This document shows positions 1 through 9,785 of a stretch of DNA of 64,000 nt, in pieces (within the stretch, counting starts at the first letter, position 1; each line of letters begins with the position of its first letter). The notes beneath the pieces were generated by a model. That model ran no database searches. It was given only the letters and a program-made list of their open reading frames with translations, and was not told the DNA's origin. Origin of the DNA: Roseovarius sp. (GTDB lineage Bacteria > Pseudomonadota > Alphaproteobacteria > Rhodobacterales > Rhodobacteraceae); NCBI GenBank assembly GCA_965656855.1, contig CBFHML010000097.1:31250-95249 (forward strand), read 5' to 3'. A program made the translations under genes and the position numbers.

Positions 1-2
1 GC

Positions 3-308
3 CTGCATCCCGACAATGTCGAGGTTCTGGGGCAATGGTCTTCGCATGAAACAGTCACGAATTTTCTCATGACGCCCATTCTGGGGCGGGTGCGCGCGCC
101 GTTCACGCCCCGACCAGAGGCTGGTGAAGTCGAAGAGGTGTTTTCTGTCCCGCTCGCGCATTTGCTGGATGCGGCCCGGTTCGGGGTTCAGCATCGCCGT
201 TGGCGTGGGGCCCGACGCTATTATTTCGCTGTTCCATATGGCCCATATTACATCTGGGGCGCGACGGCGCGTATCCTTCGCTCGCTTGCCGATGCGGCCG
301 CAAAATGA
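3..308 (+). CDS. CoA pyrophosphatase-type NUDIX hydrolase, C-terminal fragment (5' end outside window)
   Basis: The reading frame is open from the window edge (LHPDNVEVLGQWSSHETVTNFLMTPILG...). The C-terminal YYIWGATARIL motif is typical of NudL-like CoA pyrophosphatases. The stop overlaps the next start (ATGA at 305-308). Confidence 0.55.
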   Translation: MHPDNVEVLGQWSSHETVTNFLMTPILGRVRAPFTPRPEAGEVEEVFSVPLAHLLDAARFGVQHRRWRGARRYYFAVPYGPYYIWGATARILRSLADAAAK

Positions 309-1459
309 CCCGCATTTCAGCTGACTGGATCACGGCACCATCCACGCAGGCGGTGTGTGCCATGCTCGAAGATGCCGGACATGCCGCATATATGGTTGGC
401 GGTTGCGTGCGCAACGCGCTGTTGAACGAGCCTGTGGGCGATGTGGATATTGCGACAGATGCGCATCCAGACCGTGTTATCGCGCTAGCGCACGCCGCGG
501 CGCTAAAGCCTGTTCCAACAGGGATCGAGCATGGCACTGTGACGGTCATCGTTGATGGCACATCTTTTGAGGTGACCACGTTTCGCAAGGATGTCGAAAC
601 GGATGGGCGTCACGCGGTTGTGGCCTTTGCAACGGATATTGCCAGCGATGCGCGCCGCCGTGATTTTACGGTCAATGCGCTTTATGCCCAGCGTGATGGC
701 ACTGTGCTTGATCCGTTGGGCGGTCTTGGCGATATCGCTGCACGACGTATCCGATTTATAGATGATGCAGAGACGCGGATTCGCGAGGATTATCTGCGTA
801 TCCTGCGCTTCTTTCGGTTCTATGCTTGGTACGGCGATGCTGGCGGGCTTGATCCCGAGGGGCTTGCGGCGTGCGCAGCACTCGCGGATGGCATCGATGG
901 GCTGTCCAAGGAACGGATCGGTGCAGAGATACGCAAGCTTTTGTCTGCGCGAGACCCTGCACCAGCGGTCGCTGCTATGAGCCAGTCCGGAGTTTTGCAT
1001 CACGCGGTGCCCGGGGCTATGGATATGGCGCTTTCGGTGCTTGTTCATATCGAACAGAGCCTGAATATCCCTGCTGATCCCATCCGCCGTCTGGCCGCTC
1101 TTGGTGGGGATGTTGTAGACAAGAACCTGCGCCTGAGCCGGGCAGAGACGCGCGCCTTTGCAGATATCCGCGCCGGGGCGCTGGGCAGTGCGCAGCCGGG
1201 CGAGCTTGGGTATCGGCTTGGGCCAGAGCGGGGGCGGGATGCCCTCCTTTTGCGTTCCGCCTTGATGGAACAGCCGGTGTCAGAGGCAGCTCTGGTTGAT
1301 ATAACCCGCGGCGCAGAGGCCTCTTTCCCGGTGAAGGCTGGTGATCTGATGCCCGCGTTTTCGGGGCCTGAACTGGGCGCAAGGCTCAAGGTATTGGAAC
1401 AGGCCTGGATCGCGTCGGGTTTTCAACTGGACCGCGACAGCCTGCTGAACAGGGATTGA
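305..1459 (+). CDS. cca: CCA tRNA nucleotidyltransferase / poly(A) polymerase family
   Basis: Carries the GGCVRNALL...GDVDIAT nucleotidyltransferase motif. Start trimmed from 200 to the ATG at 305, which overlaps the upstream stop. Confidence 0.85.
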   Translation: MTRISADWITAPSTQAVCAMLEDAGHAAYMVGGCVRNALLNEPVGDVDIATDAHPDRVIALAHAAALKPVPTGIEHGTVTVIVDGTSFEVTTFRKDVETDGRHAVVAFATDIASDARRRDFTVNALYAQRDGTVLDPLGGLGDIAARRIRFIDDAETRIREDYLRILRFFRFYAWYGDAGGLDPEGLAACAALADGIDGLSKERIGAEIRKLLSARDPAPAVAAMSQSGVLHHAVPGAMDMALSVLVHIEQSLNIPADPIRRLAALGGDVVDKNLRLSRAETRAFADIRAGALGSAQPGELGYRLGPERGRDALLLRSALMEQPVSEAALVDITRGAEASFPVKAGDLMPAFSGPELGARLKVLEQAWIASGFQLDRDSLLNRD

Positions 1460-1464
1460 CCTGC

Positions 1465-3306
1465 ATGTTCAAATTCTTTGAAAATCTTGTCGATCCTTAT
1501 TGTGACTACGCCGAAGAGTCACGACCACCTACGCGCCTCTGGCCCTTTATGCGGGCCTATATGGTCCCGTTTCGACGGGTGTTTTGGCTAACCGGGATGA
1601 TGTCAATTGTCGTCGCCGCGATCGAAGTGGGTCTGATTTATTACATGGGGCGGCTGGTCGATATCCTGTCCGGCAACCCGAAAGAGGTCTGGGCCGAGTA
1701 TGGCACCGAAATCTTGGCTGTGGCTGTCTTTATCCTCGTTCTGCGTCCGCTGGTTCAGGCGCTGGATGTGCTGCTGCTCAACAATGCGGTCATGCCCAAT
1801 TTCGGGACTTTGATACGCTGGCGGGCGCATCGCCATGTGCTCAACCAATCTGTTGGTTGGTTCGAGAATGATTTTGCTGGTCGCATCGCCAACCGCATTA
1901 TGCAGACACCTCCAGCTGCGGGTGAGGCGGTGTTTCAGGTTTTCGACGCCATTACGTTTTCACTCGCCTATGTGGTGGGCGCGGCGCTTTTGCTATGGGG
2001 TGCAGATCTACGCCTGATTTTGCCGCTTATGGTTTGGTTGGGTCTATATATCCTGCTGGTTCGGTGGGTGATGCGCCGCGTTGGCCCTGCGTCAAAGGCG
2101 GCGTCGGATGCCCGCAGCTGGGTCACCGGGCGGGTCGTGGATGCCTATACCAACATCCACTCGGTAAAGCTTTTTGCCCATCGCTCTCGCGAAGTGGATT
2201 ATGCTGGTGAAGCCATTGAACTGGCGCGGCGTACCTTTCAGGCTGAAATGCGGATCTACACCACCATGGATGTGACGCTCGTGGCGTTGAACGGGCTCCT
2301 GATCGTTGGTGTCGTTGGCTGGGCGATCCTGCTTTGGTCAACCGGCGAGGCAAGCGTTGGTGTGGTTGCGGCGGCTACTGCGCTTACCTTGCGGCTCAAT
2401 GCGATGACGGGCTGGATCATGTGGGCGTTGTCTTCGTTCTTTCGCCAGCTGGGTGTGGTGGCCGAGGGGATGGAAACGATTGCACAGCCTATCGAGCTTG
2501 TGGATGCCCCCGATGCAAAACCGCTGGAACTGACTGAGGGTAGGATCGAGATCTGTGATCTCTCGCATCATTTTGGACGGCCAAGTGGTGGTCTGGATCA
2601 TGTGACGCTTACCATAAATCCGGGTGAAAAAATCGGTCTCGTTGGTCGGTCGGGTGCCGGGAAATCGACTCTCGTAAAGCTTCTTTTGCGATTTTATGAC
2701 GCTGAGAGGGGGAGCATCCTGATTGACGGGCAGGACATCTCAAAGGTTAAGCAGGACAGCCTGCGTGATCAGATTGGCATGGTGCAACAGGATAGCTCGC
2801 TTTTGCACCGTTCCGTGCGCGATAACCTTCTTTATGCGCGCCCGGATGCGACAGAGGCAGACATGATTGCCGCCGCGCAAAAGGCTGAGGCGCATGACTT
2901 CATTCTTGATCTGGCCGATCCAGAGGGGCGGATCGGGTATGATGCGCATGTGGGCGAACGTGGCGTAAAGCTGTCGGGTGGGCAACGTCAGCGGATTACA
3001 TTGGCCCGCGCCATCCTAAAGAATGCGCCCATCCTTCTTTTGGATGAAGCGACCAGTGCGCTGGATAGCGAGGTAGAGGCGGCGATTCAGACCACTCTCT
3101 ATGGTATGATGGAGGGTAAGACCGTCATCGCCATTGCGCATCGCCTGTCCACAATTGCGCAGATGGATCGCATCATTGTGCTGGATCAGGGTCAAATTGT
3201 GGAAGAAGGCGACCATCAGGAGCTGTTGGCGCAGGGCGGACTTTATGCACGGTTCTGGGCGCGGCAATCGGGTGGATTTCTGAATGTGGACGAGGCGGCG
3301 GAGTAG
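1465..3306 (+). CDS. ABC transporter, fused permease/ATP-binding protein (MsbA-like exporter)
   Basis: N-terminal membrane domain, then Walker A GRSGAGKST, signature LSGGQRQR and Walker B ILLLDEATSALD. The ATG at 1465 is preferred over the TTG at 1456. Confidence 0.9.
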   Translation: MFKFFENLVDPYCDYAEESRPPTRLWPFMRAYMVPFRRVFWLTGMMSIVVAAIEVGLIYYMGRLVDILSGNPKEVWAEYGTEILAVAVFILVLRPLVQALDVLLLNNAVMPNFGTLIRWRAHRHVLNQSVGWFENDFAGRIANRIMQTPPAAGEAVFQVFDAITFSLAYVVGAALLLWGADLRLILPLMVWLGLYILLVRWVMRRVGPASKAASDARSWVTGRVVDAYTNIHSVKLFAHRSREVDYAGEAIELARRTFQAEMRIYTTMDVTLVALNGLLIVGVVGWAILLWSTGEASVGVVAAATALTLRLNAMTGWIMWALSSFFRQLGVVAEGMETIAQPIELVDAPDAKPLELTEGRIEICDLSHHFGRPSGGLDHVTLTINPGEKIGLVGRSGAGKSTLVKLLLRFYDAERGSILIDGQDISKVKQDSLRDQIGMVQQDSSLLHRSVRDNLLYARPDATEADMIAAAQKAEAHDFILDLADPEGRIGYDAHVGERGVKLSGGQRQRITLARAILKNAPILLLDEATSALDSEVEAAIQTTLYGMMEGKTVIAIAHRLSTIAQMDRIIVLDQGQIVEEGDHQELLAQGGLYARFWARQSGGFLNVDEAAE

Positions 3307-3309
3307 ACA

Positions 3310-4539
3310 ATGACAGAGGTAAAAATCCAACGTCTTGGCCATCATGGTGACGGCATTGCCGAAGGGCCTGTTTATGCGCCCCTCACCCTGCCGGGAGAGC
3401 GCGTGACAGGGGACCTCGACGGACAAACGCTCTGCAACGTCAAGATTGTCGATCCGTCATCTGATCGTGTGGCACCGCCCTGTCGACATTTCAAATCTTG
3501 TGGTGGCTGCCAGCTTCAGCATGGCTCGGACAAGCTCATTGCCGGCTGGAAAACCGAAACAGTAAGCCGCGCACTGGCAGCACATGGGCTTGAGGCCGAA
3601 TTAGAGCCGATTTTCACGGCACCTGCCGCCTCACGTCGCCGTGCAACATTCTCTGCGCGGCGCACCAAGAAAGGGGCGCTTGCGGGGTTTCATGCGCGGG
3701 CGTCAGATGTCCTTGTGGAGATCCCTGATTGCCGCCTGTTGGAGCCGGGCCTGATGAAAGCGTTGCCCGTTGCAGAGGCACTTGCCATCGCAGGTGGCAT
3801 TCGAAAGGGTGAGCTCAGCGTCGCAGCAACGTTGTCGGAATCGGGTCTTGATCTTCAGGTAACCGGGGGCAAACCACTCGATGAAGCGTTGCGGATGACG
3901 CTTGCTGCATTGGCTGATGACCACGATTTGGCGCGCCTGACGTGGGAAGATGAAACCGTCGTGACCCGCCGCCCGCCATATCAGGTCTTTGGCGATATCC
4001 GGGTCGTGCCTCCGCCCGGCGGATTTCTTCAGGCGACCAAGTCATCAGAGTCCGCTCTGATTGCGGCCGTTCAGGATATTGTCAGCGGCTCTGTTCATGT
4101 GCTGGATCTTTTCGCCGGGTGCGGCACCTTTGCCCTGCCGCTCGCCCGGGGGTCTGCGGTTCACGCGGTCGAAGGCAGTCGAGCCATGACAGAAGCCCTC
4201 GATCACGCTTGGCGCAAGTCTGAAGGTCTCAAGCAGGTCACGACAGAGGTTCGCGACCTTTTTCGCCAGCCTGTCATCCATGAGGATCTGCTGCGCTTTG
4301 ATGCCGTCGTGCTAGATCCGCCGCGAGCGGGCGCAGATGCGCAATGTATGCATCTGGCGCAGGCCGCAATTGGTAAGATCGCGTATGTTTCCTGCAACCC
4401 GGTCACGTTTGCGCGGGATGCCGCGACCCTGTGTGCTGGCGGCTATACGCTGGATCATGTCCGCCCGGTGGATCAGTTCCGCTGGTCGTCGCATGTGGAA
4501 TTGGTGGCGCAGTTCACGCGAAAGTCACCCAAAGCGTGA
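3310..4539 (+). CDS. 23S rRNA (uracil-5-)-methyltransferase RumA/TrmA family
   Basis: Fe-S cysteine cluster CRHFKSCGGCQLQH, SAM motif VLDLFAGCGTFALPLA, VVLDPPRAG, and catalytic YVSCNP. Confidence 0.85.
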   Translation: MTEVKIQRLGHHGDGIAEGPVYAPLTLPGERVTGDLDGQTLCNVKIVDPSSDRVAPPCRHFKSCGGCQLQHGSDKLIAGWKTETVSRALAAHGLEAELEPIFTAPAASRRRATFSARRTKKGALAGFHARASDVLVEIPDCRLLEPGLMKALPVAEALAIAGGIRKGELSVAATLSESGLDLQVTGGKPLDEALRMTLAALADDHDLARLTWEDETVVTRRPPYQVFGDIRVVPPPGGFLQATKSSESALIAAVQDIVSGSVHVLDLFAGCGTFALPLARGSAVHAVEGSRAMTEALDHAWRKSEGLKQVTTEVRDLFRQPVIHEDLLRFDAVVLDPPRAGADAQCMHLAQAAIGKIAYVSCNPVTFARDAATLCAGGYTLDHVRPVDQFRWSSHVELVAQFTRKSPKA

Positions 4540-4610
4540 AATCCTCGGTGACCGATGCGCGGTAACAGGATAGAAGGCACAAAAAAGAGCAGCTAAATCG
4601 AGCAAACCTG

Positions 4611-5108
4611 ATGCGTCTTGTGAAATGTGTGATGATGATCCTGTCCCTAGCCGTGGTAGCGGGATGCGGGTCTAAATTCAAAACTTATAATGGTCCCCAA
4701 GTGACCCGCGTTCTTGTCTATAAAGAGGCGCGCAAGATGTATCTTTTGCACCACGATGAGGTGCTGAAAACTTACAAGGTCGAGCTTGGCTTTTCTGCCG
4801 AAGGCCACAAGCAGTTCGAAGGTGATGGTAAGACGCCAGAGGGTGAATACAGGATCGACCGGCGCAATCCCAACAGCGCGTTTCATCTTTCAATCGGGAT
4901 TTCCTATCCCAATGCACAAGATATTGCACGTGCACGCGCCGCAGGGAAAAAGCCCGGTGGGGATATTTTCATCCATGGTCGGCCCAACCTCAAGAAACGA
5001 GGGCTCGGGCCGGATTGGACAGCTGGCTGTATTGCCGTCAAGGACCGTGAGATGGAAGATATCTACGCGATGGTCAGGGACGGCACGCCGATTTCGATCT
5101 ACCCGTGA
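4611..5108 (+). CDS. L,D-transpeptidase (YkuD domain) lipoprotein
   Basis: Lipobox LAVVAGC plus YkuD catalytic motif IFIHG...DWTAGCIAV. Confidence 0.85.
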   Translation: MRLVKCVMMILSLAVVAGCGSKFKTYNGPQVTRVLVYKEARKMYLLHHDEVLKTYKVELGFSAEGHKQFEGDGKTPEGEYRIDRRNPNSAFHLSIGISYPNAQDIARARAAGKKPGGDIFIHGRPNLKKRGLGPDWTAGCIAVKDREMEDIYAMVRDGTPISIYP

Positions 5109-5118
5109 GGTGTAGGGT

Positions 5119-5634
5119 CTATTTGCCCATCACCAGTGTCCACCACAGCTTGCCATTATCTTCCTGAAGCCATGCGAACCCCATGTTGCGGGCATCAGGT
5201 GCCATGATCACCTGCCGTGTCGCTGGATCTTCCATCCAGGCCGCAAGGGTTTCCAACTCAGTCTCATAGGTCTCTGATATCGTCTCGCCCACCAGTTCGC
5301 CGGTATACCCAACCCGCTGGATGCGCTGGATAGGCGAAGACCCGTCTGAGCCGAAATGCCAGGGACGGTTCTGAACTGCCATGTCTTGCGAATGGGTTGC
5401 GGCAGCTGCATTGAGCTGCGCGTTAAGCTCAACCGGGGTAAGACCACCCGCCTCCCGCAGCGAATTTACAGAATCGAGCATGCGGAATTGTATCCGCGCA
5501 GTGCTGCCGGGGCTGATCCGATACACCCTCGGCAGAGGCTTGCCATCCGCGCCAATCTGCGGCGGAGGTGGCGGCGTGGCACATGCCGACAAGAGAAAAA
5601 GGGCCGATAGGAGCAAGCTGAAGATGCGTGTCAT
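5119..5634 (-). CDS. CAP/SCP (YkwD-like) domain lipoprotein
   Basis: Start trimmed to MTRIFSLLLSALFLLSAC (lipobox). The CAP-like core reads HSQDMA...WHFGSDGSSP..R. Confidence 0.7.
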   Translation of the reverse strand: MTRIFSLLLSALFLLSACATPPPPPQIGADGKPLPRVYRISPGSTARIQFRMLDSVNSLREAGGLTPVELNAQLNAAAATHSQDMAVQNRPWHFGSDGSSPIQRIQRVGYTGELVGETISETYETELETLAAWMEDPATRQVIMAPDARNMGFAWLQEDNGKLWWTLVMGK

Positions 5635-5805
5635 TTGGGTCCGCCAGACGAAATAAACGTGTTTATCCCGTTTACCGTCCCTGCGTTGCGATTCAAACCC
5701 ACTTGCGCGGATCCTCGTCAATTGAGCCGGGTTTGAATTGCGACTGAGGCTTTCCGGCCATATGATCGCACCACACTTCATGTGGCTTCAGACGGAGAAA
5801 GACCC

Positions 5806-6405
5806 ATGGCAAAGATACATAAAACGGTAAGCCGCCGCGCCTTTATGGCGGGGACAGCCGCGTCCATCGGCCTGCCCGCGCTGGCTCAGAGCGTGGATGG
5901 CACCGAAACGACAGAGATCGAACGCGAGGTCACCGAAACGGTGCGCCGCAATATCTCTAGCTTCAGATCGCTTGACTGGCGGCCCTACTTCTCGAACCTT
6001 AACAATGGTGCTGTGCTCGTGGATATTTCTTCCCGTGCCCTTCATTTCTGGAGCGAGGATGGTCAGACATACAAACTTTACCCATCCAGTGTCCCGCTAA
6101 CCGAAGACCTGACGCGGCGTGGCCGTACCACCGTTGTGCGCAAGGTCGTCGGACCGGATTGGCGGCCGACACCATCTATGCTCAAGCGCAATCCTGACTG
6201 GCCACCTTATGTGCCGCCAGGCCCGGATAACCCGCTTGGCACACATGCGCTTTACCTCAGCTGGACGTATTACCGCATTCACGGCACCCATGACACACGC
6301 AAGATCGGGCGCCGGTCTTCGAATGGTTGCATCGGGCTGTACAACGAGCATATCGAAGAACTTTTCGGAATCACGAAAGTTGGCACCCAAGTGTTGCTTA
6401 TTTGA
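5806..6405 (+). CDS. L,D-transpeptidase (YkuD domain), Tat-type signal
   Basis: GGAGAAAG lies upstream of the ATG at 5806. Twin-arginine-like signal SRRAFMAG and YkuD motif YRIHGT...SSNGCIGL. Confidence 0.85.
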   Translation: MAKIHKTVSRRAFMAGTAASIGLPALAQSVDGTETTEIEREVTETVRRNISSFRSLDWRPYFSNLNNGAVLVDISSRALHFWSEDGQTYKLYPSSVPLTEDLTRRGRTTVVRKVVGPDWRPTPSMLKRNPDWPPYVPPGPDNPLGTHALYLSWTYYRIHGTHDTRKIGRRSSNGCIGLYNEHIEELFGITKVGTQVLLI

Positions 6406-6544
6406 CGAAAAAGGGGCCGTTTCTGCGGTGCAGCCCGCAAGATCAGTTTGCAATAGCCCGGTTTTGCTGCTTAGACATATCCTACTAGGAAAGTCTTGGG
6501 CGCGTGCTGTCTTGTGGACGGCAGGCCTACATCTGGAGGATAAC

Positions 6545-6733
6545 ATGAAGAAACTCGTTCTCGCCGCTGCGTTTTCTGCTGCTGCAACCGCTGGCTTTGC
6601 TGGCAACATCGAAGAGCCCATGATGGAAGCGCCCGTCGTCGTTGAAGAAGCGAATGCAAGCTCTTCGGCTGCTGGCGTCTGGATCCCGCTGGTCCTGCTG
6701 GCCATCGTAGCAGCTGCTGTCGCCGCTGACTAA
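6545..6733 (+). CDS. small (62 aa) secreted/membrane-anchored hypothetical protein
   Basis: GGAGGA RBS precedes the ATG. Signal peptide MKKLVLAAAFSAAATAGFA, an acidic linker, then a C-terminal hydrophobic helix WIPLVLLAIVAAAVAA. Followed by a terminator. Confidence 0.5.
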   Translation: MKKLVLAAAFSAAATAGFAGNIEEPMMEAPVVVEEANASSSAAGVWIPLVLLAIVAAAVAAD

Positions 6734-6760
6734 TCGTCCCGATCATCGAATAACGAAAAA

Positions 6761-6786
6761 GGCAGCGGTTTCCGCTGCCTTTTTTG
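6761..6786. terminator. bidirectional rho-independent terminator between the small ORF and hemH
   Basis: Stem GGCAGCGG-TTT-CCGCTGCC is flanked by an A-run upstream and a T-run downstream, and sits between convergent genes. Confidence 0.7.
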
Positions 6787-6811
6787 TGTCTGCAAATCTG
6801 TGTCCGAGAAA

Positions 6812-7876
6812 TCAGTCGACCCAACCTTTCAGGTTCGTTTCAATGATATGGGTCAGCGCCTTGATATGTGCCGGGCTGTCATTCAGGCAGGGAATGTACA
6901 AAAACTCCTCGCCCCCGGCCTCTTCAAAGCTTTCTTTGATCTCTTCGTTGATCTCTTCCAGCGTTTCGATGCAGTCGGCAGAAAATGCGGGGGCCATTAC
7001 AGCGATTTTCTTTTTGCCCTCTTCGGCAAGCTTTGCCACATGTTCCACGGTGTAGGGGCGCAACCATTCTTCGGGGCCAAAAACAGACTGGAATGTGGTG
7101 GTGATCTGGGTGTCGTCCCAGCCCAACCGCTCTTTCAGCAGGCGCGTCGTTTTCTGGCACTGGCAGTGATAGGGATCACCTTGCCTAAGATAACGTTGGG
7201 GCATTCCGTGATAGGACACGACAAGGATCTCGGGCCGATCCTCTGCCTTGGCATATGCCTCTTCGACTGATTGCGCCAATGCCTCGATATAGGCCGGGCT
7301 TTCGAAATACGGCTCGACCGTGCGCGCCGTGGGCTGCCATGTCTCGTCCATCAATGCACGAAAGAACTGATCGTTTGCGGTCGCAGAGGTGGCACCGGCG
7401 TAATGCGGATAAAGCGGGAAGAACAGAATGCGCGTGCAGCCCGCCTCGGTCATCTTGCGGACCTTGGATTTGGTCGATGGATTGCCGTAACGCATGCAGA
7501 AGTCGACCATGAGGTCGTCACCGTGCTTTTCCTGCAACTCGGCTGCCAGCTTTTCCGTTTGGTTGCGCGTGATCGTCATAAGCGGGCTTTCGCCCTGCTC
7601 TTCGTTCCAGATGGATTTGTAGGCCTCACCGCTGGTGAATGGACGCTTTGACAGGATCACAAGCTGCAAAAGCGGCTGCCATAGCCACGGGGAATAGTCG
7701 ATCACCCGGCGATCCGAGAGGAACTCGTTGAGATAGCGGCGCATTGACCAATAGGAATAATCATCGGGTGTGCCCAGATTAGCCAAAAGAACGCCAGTCT
7801 TTGCCTTGGGAATGGCAGGATGATCGCTTGGCGCGTGAACGGGGCAGGTCGCTATTTTTTCTTGCGCATCGAACAT
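6812..7876 (-). CDS. hemH: ferrochelatase
   Basis: Full-length match to the ferrochelatase pattern (GVLLANLGTPD..., RRYLNEFLSDRRVI, YPHY, SYHG.P). Confidence 0.9.
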   Translation of the reverse strand: MFDAQEKIATCPVHAPSDHPAIPKAKTGVLLANLGTPDDYSYWSMRRYLNEFLSDRRVIDYSPWLWQPLLQLVILSKRPFTSGEAYKSIWNEEQGESPLMTITRNQTEKLAAELQEKHGDDLMVDFCMRYGNPSTKSKVRKMTEAGCTRILFFPLYPHYAGATSATANDQFFRALMDETWQPTARTVEPYFESPAYIEALAQSVEEAYAKAEDRPEILVVSYHGMPQRYLRQGDPYHCQCQKTTRLLKERLGWDDTQITTTFQSVFGPEEWLRPYTVEHVAKLAEEGKKKIAVMAPAFSADCIETLEEINEEIKESFEEAGGEEFLYIPCLNDSPAHIKALTHIIETNLKGWVD

Positions 7877-7936
7877 AACGGGTCGCTCTTTGTTGTTTTT
7901 CTGATCAAGCAGGACATAAAGGCTCTGGCGCGTTCG

Positions 7937-8752
7937 TCAATCTTTGAGCGGCTTTTCATGCGTTCCAAGAGCCTCTGCGAGACGTGTTGCCGCAGATCCG
8001 GGCTTTAATGGCTTTTGTTGGGTCTCTGCTGGAGCCCATCCAGTAAGTGTGATGATCTCAAATGTTGCAGGTGCGCGCCCATCCGGGGAGCGGTAGGAGG
8101 CGGTATAGATTTCACAGGCCTTTGCTAAAATGTCTCGCCGCATAAAGTGCCGCGGCCGGGTCGACAATGCGTTGGCCTCTCCCATTGCGCGCAGATCGCG
8201 CATCAGGGCCAAGGGATCTGCATAGGATGCGGTTAGCGTAAAACTGTCCGCCACTGGCAGGGCATACCCTGCTCGCTGCAACAATGCGCCCAGATCCCTG
8301 ATCTCTCCCATTGGGGCAACGCGGGGTGATAGCCCGCCGCGCAGATCCGACTCCGCCTGCGCCAGAGCACTGCGCAACTCGTGCAAGGTTTGTCCGCCAA
8401 AGAACACGCCAAGAAACAGCCCGTCAGGACGAAGCGCGCGCCGGGCCTGGATCAACTGCCCTACCGGGTCATCGGCCCAATGCAGGCATAGTGCATGAAT
8501 GATCAGGTCGTGCGCCTCTTCTGGAATGCCAAGCGTGTCGCTGTCCTCGATATGCAGCGCTTCGGGAAAATGCTGTTGCCACAAATCCGGAAAACCACCG
8601 ATCACAAGGGGCGCGGTAAAGGATTTGTTAACCAAAGAGAGCCGATCCTCGACCTCCTCGATGGCGGCATGATGCAAGAACAGGTCCCGCGGGTCGCCAG
8701 CGCGGCGGCGGTTTCGCAAAAGTGCGGTTCTGTCGGTCAGGCTACGAGACAT
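7937..8752 (-). CDS. class I SAM-dependent methyltransferase
   Basis: The 432-aa ORF was trimmed to MSRSLTDRTALL (ATG at 8752). Contains DLIIHALCLHWADDPVGQL..ALRPDGLF, a Methyltransf_11-like pattern. Divergent from comF. Confidence 0.75.
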   Translation of the reverse strand: MSRSLTDRTALLRNRRRAGDPRDLFLHHAAIEEVEDRLSLVNKSFTAPLVIGGFPDLWQQHFPEALHIEDSDTLGIPEEAHDLIIHALCLHWADDPVGQLIQARRALRPDGLFLGVFFGGQTLHELRSALAQAESDLRGGLSPRVAPMGEIRDLGALLQRAGYALPVADSFTLTASYADPLALMRDLRAMGEANALSTRPRHFMRRDILAKACEIYTASYRSPDGRAPATFEIITLTGWAPAETQQKPLKPGSAATRLAEALGTHEKPLKD

Positions 8753-8767
8753 GTGAAGAGAGATAGA

Positions 8768-9499
8768 ATGCTGCACGCGGCAATTCAAACGGCAATCCAC
8801 TTGGTTTACCCGCCACGATGCACCCTTTGTGGGGGCTTTGTTGAAAGTGATCACGGTCTGTGCGGGCCCTGCTGGCGCGACACGCCGGTGATATCCGGGC
8901 TGGTCTGCGATACGTGTGGTGTCCCGCTCCCTGGGGTTCCGGGTGCCGGGGTAGAGCATTGTGATGCGTGTCTGCGGATTGCGCGGCCGTGGGCACAAGG
9001 GCGCGCGGCGCTGCTCTATCATGACAATGCCCGACGTCTTGTGATCGCTCTTAAGCATGGGGACCGGCATGATATAATCCGGCTCGCGACCCGCTGGATG
9101 ATTCAGGCCGCCCGTCCAATTTTGACGGATGATACGCTTGTCACGGCTGTTCCACTGCACCGGCTGCGCCTTTTGCAGCGACGGTTCAACCAGTCTTCTT
9201 TGCTTGCACAGGCGCTGGCTCGTGAAACTGGGCATGACTGTTGCCCGGATCTGTTGTTACGCCGTAAACGCACGCCCTCACTCAGGGGGCTTGGCGCCGA
9301 TACCCGGTTCGCAACGCTGCAGGACGCCATCATTGCCCATCCGCGTCGCAGGCACCTGATGCGTGATCGGCCTGTACTGATTGTCGATGATGTGATGACT
9401 TCAGGTGCCACGCTTTCGGTTTGTACTCAGGCCTGCCACGCGGCGGGGGCGGCGCGTGTGTGTATCCTGACACTGGCGCGCGCGGCCAAGGACACCTAG
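8768..9499 (+). CDS. comF: ComF family phosphoribosyltransferase-like protein
   Basis: Trimmed to MLHAAIQ. N-terminal zinc-finger cysteines (PPRCTLCG...LCGPCW, CDTCG...CDAC) and PRTase motif VLIVDDVMTSGATL. Confidence 0.8.
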   Translation: MLHAAIQTAIHLVYPPRCTLCGGFVESDHGLCGPCWRDTPVISGLVCDTCGVPLPGVPGAGVEHCDACLRIARPWAQGRAALLYHDNARRLVIALKHGDRHDIIRLATRWMIQAARPILTDDTLVTAVPLHRLRLLQRRFNQSSLLAQALARETGHDCCPDLLLRRKRTPSLRGLGADTRFATLQDAIIAHPRRRHLMRDRPVLIVDDVMTSGATLSVCTQACHAAGAARVCILTLARAAKDT

Positions 9500-9530
9500 A
9501 TTGCCATCAAACAGGCAAAAGGTGGATCAC

Positions 9531-9785
9531 ATGACTGTCGAAATCTATTCTTCCCCGCTCTGCGGTTTCTGTCACGCGGCCAAGCGGCTGTTGTCGCAAA
9601 AGGGTGCCAACTTTACCGAAATTGACGTGCTGAGCGACCCTGATCGCAAGCCCGAGATGATCGAACGCGCAGATGGCAAACGCACGGTGCCGCAGATTTT
9701 CATCGATGGCACCCATGTGGGCGGTTGTGATGAGCTGTACGCGCTCGATCGGGCTGGCAAGCTGGATGCTCTGCTATCCGCATGA
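9531..9785 (+). CDS. grxC: glutaredoxin 3
   Basis: Active site CGFC, plus TVPQIFIDG.HVGGCDEL. Start taken at the ATG at 9531. Confidence 0.85.
   Translation: MTVEIYSSPLCGFCHAAKRLLSQKGANFTEIDVLSDPDRKPEMIERADGKRTVPQIFIDGTHVGGCDELYALDRAGKLDALLSA

Noticed and set aside
7937-9235. N-terminal extensions of many ORF-track entries, for example 432 aa here, plus 8495, 200, 5781, 15186, 20580, 32641, 33963, 37768, 47129, 47409, 57022.
   Set aside because: The extensions overlap the neighbouring gene or its terminator and lack family similarity. Internal starts with an RBS, or stop/start overlaps, give canonical protein lengths.
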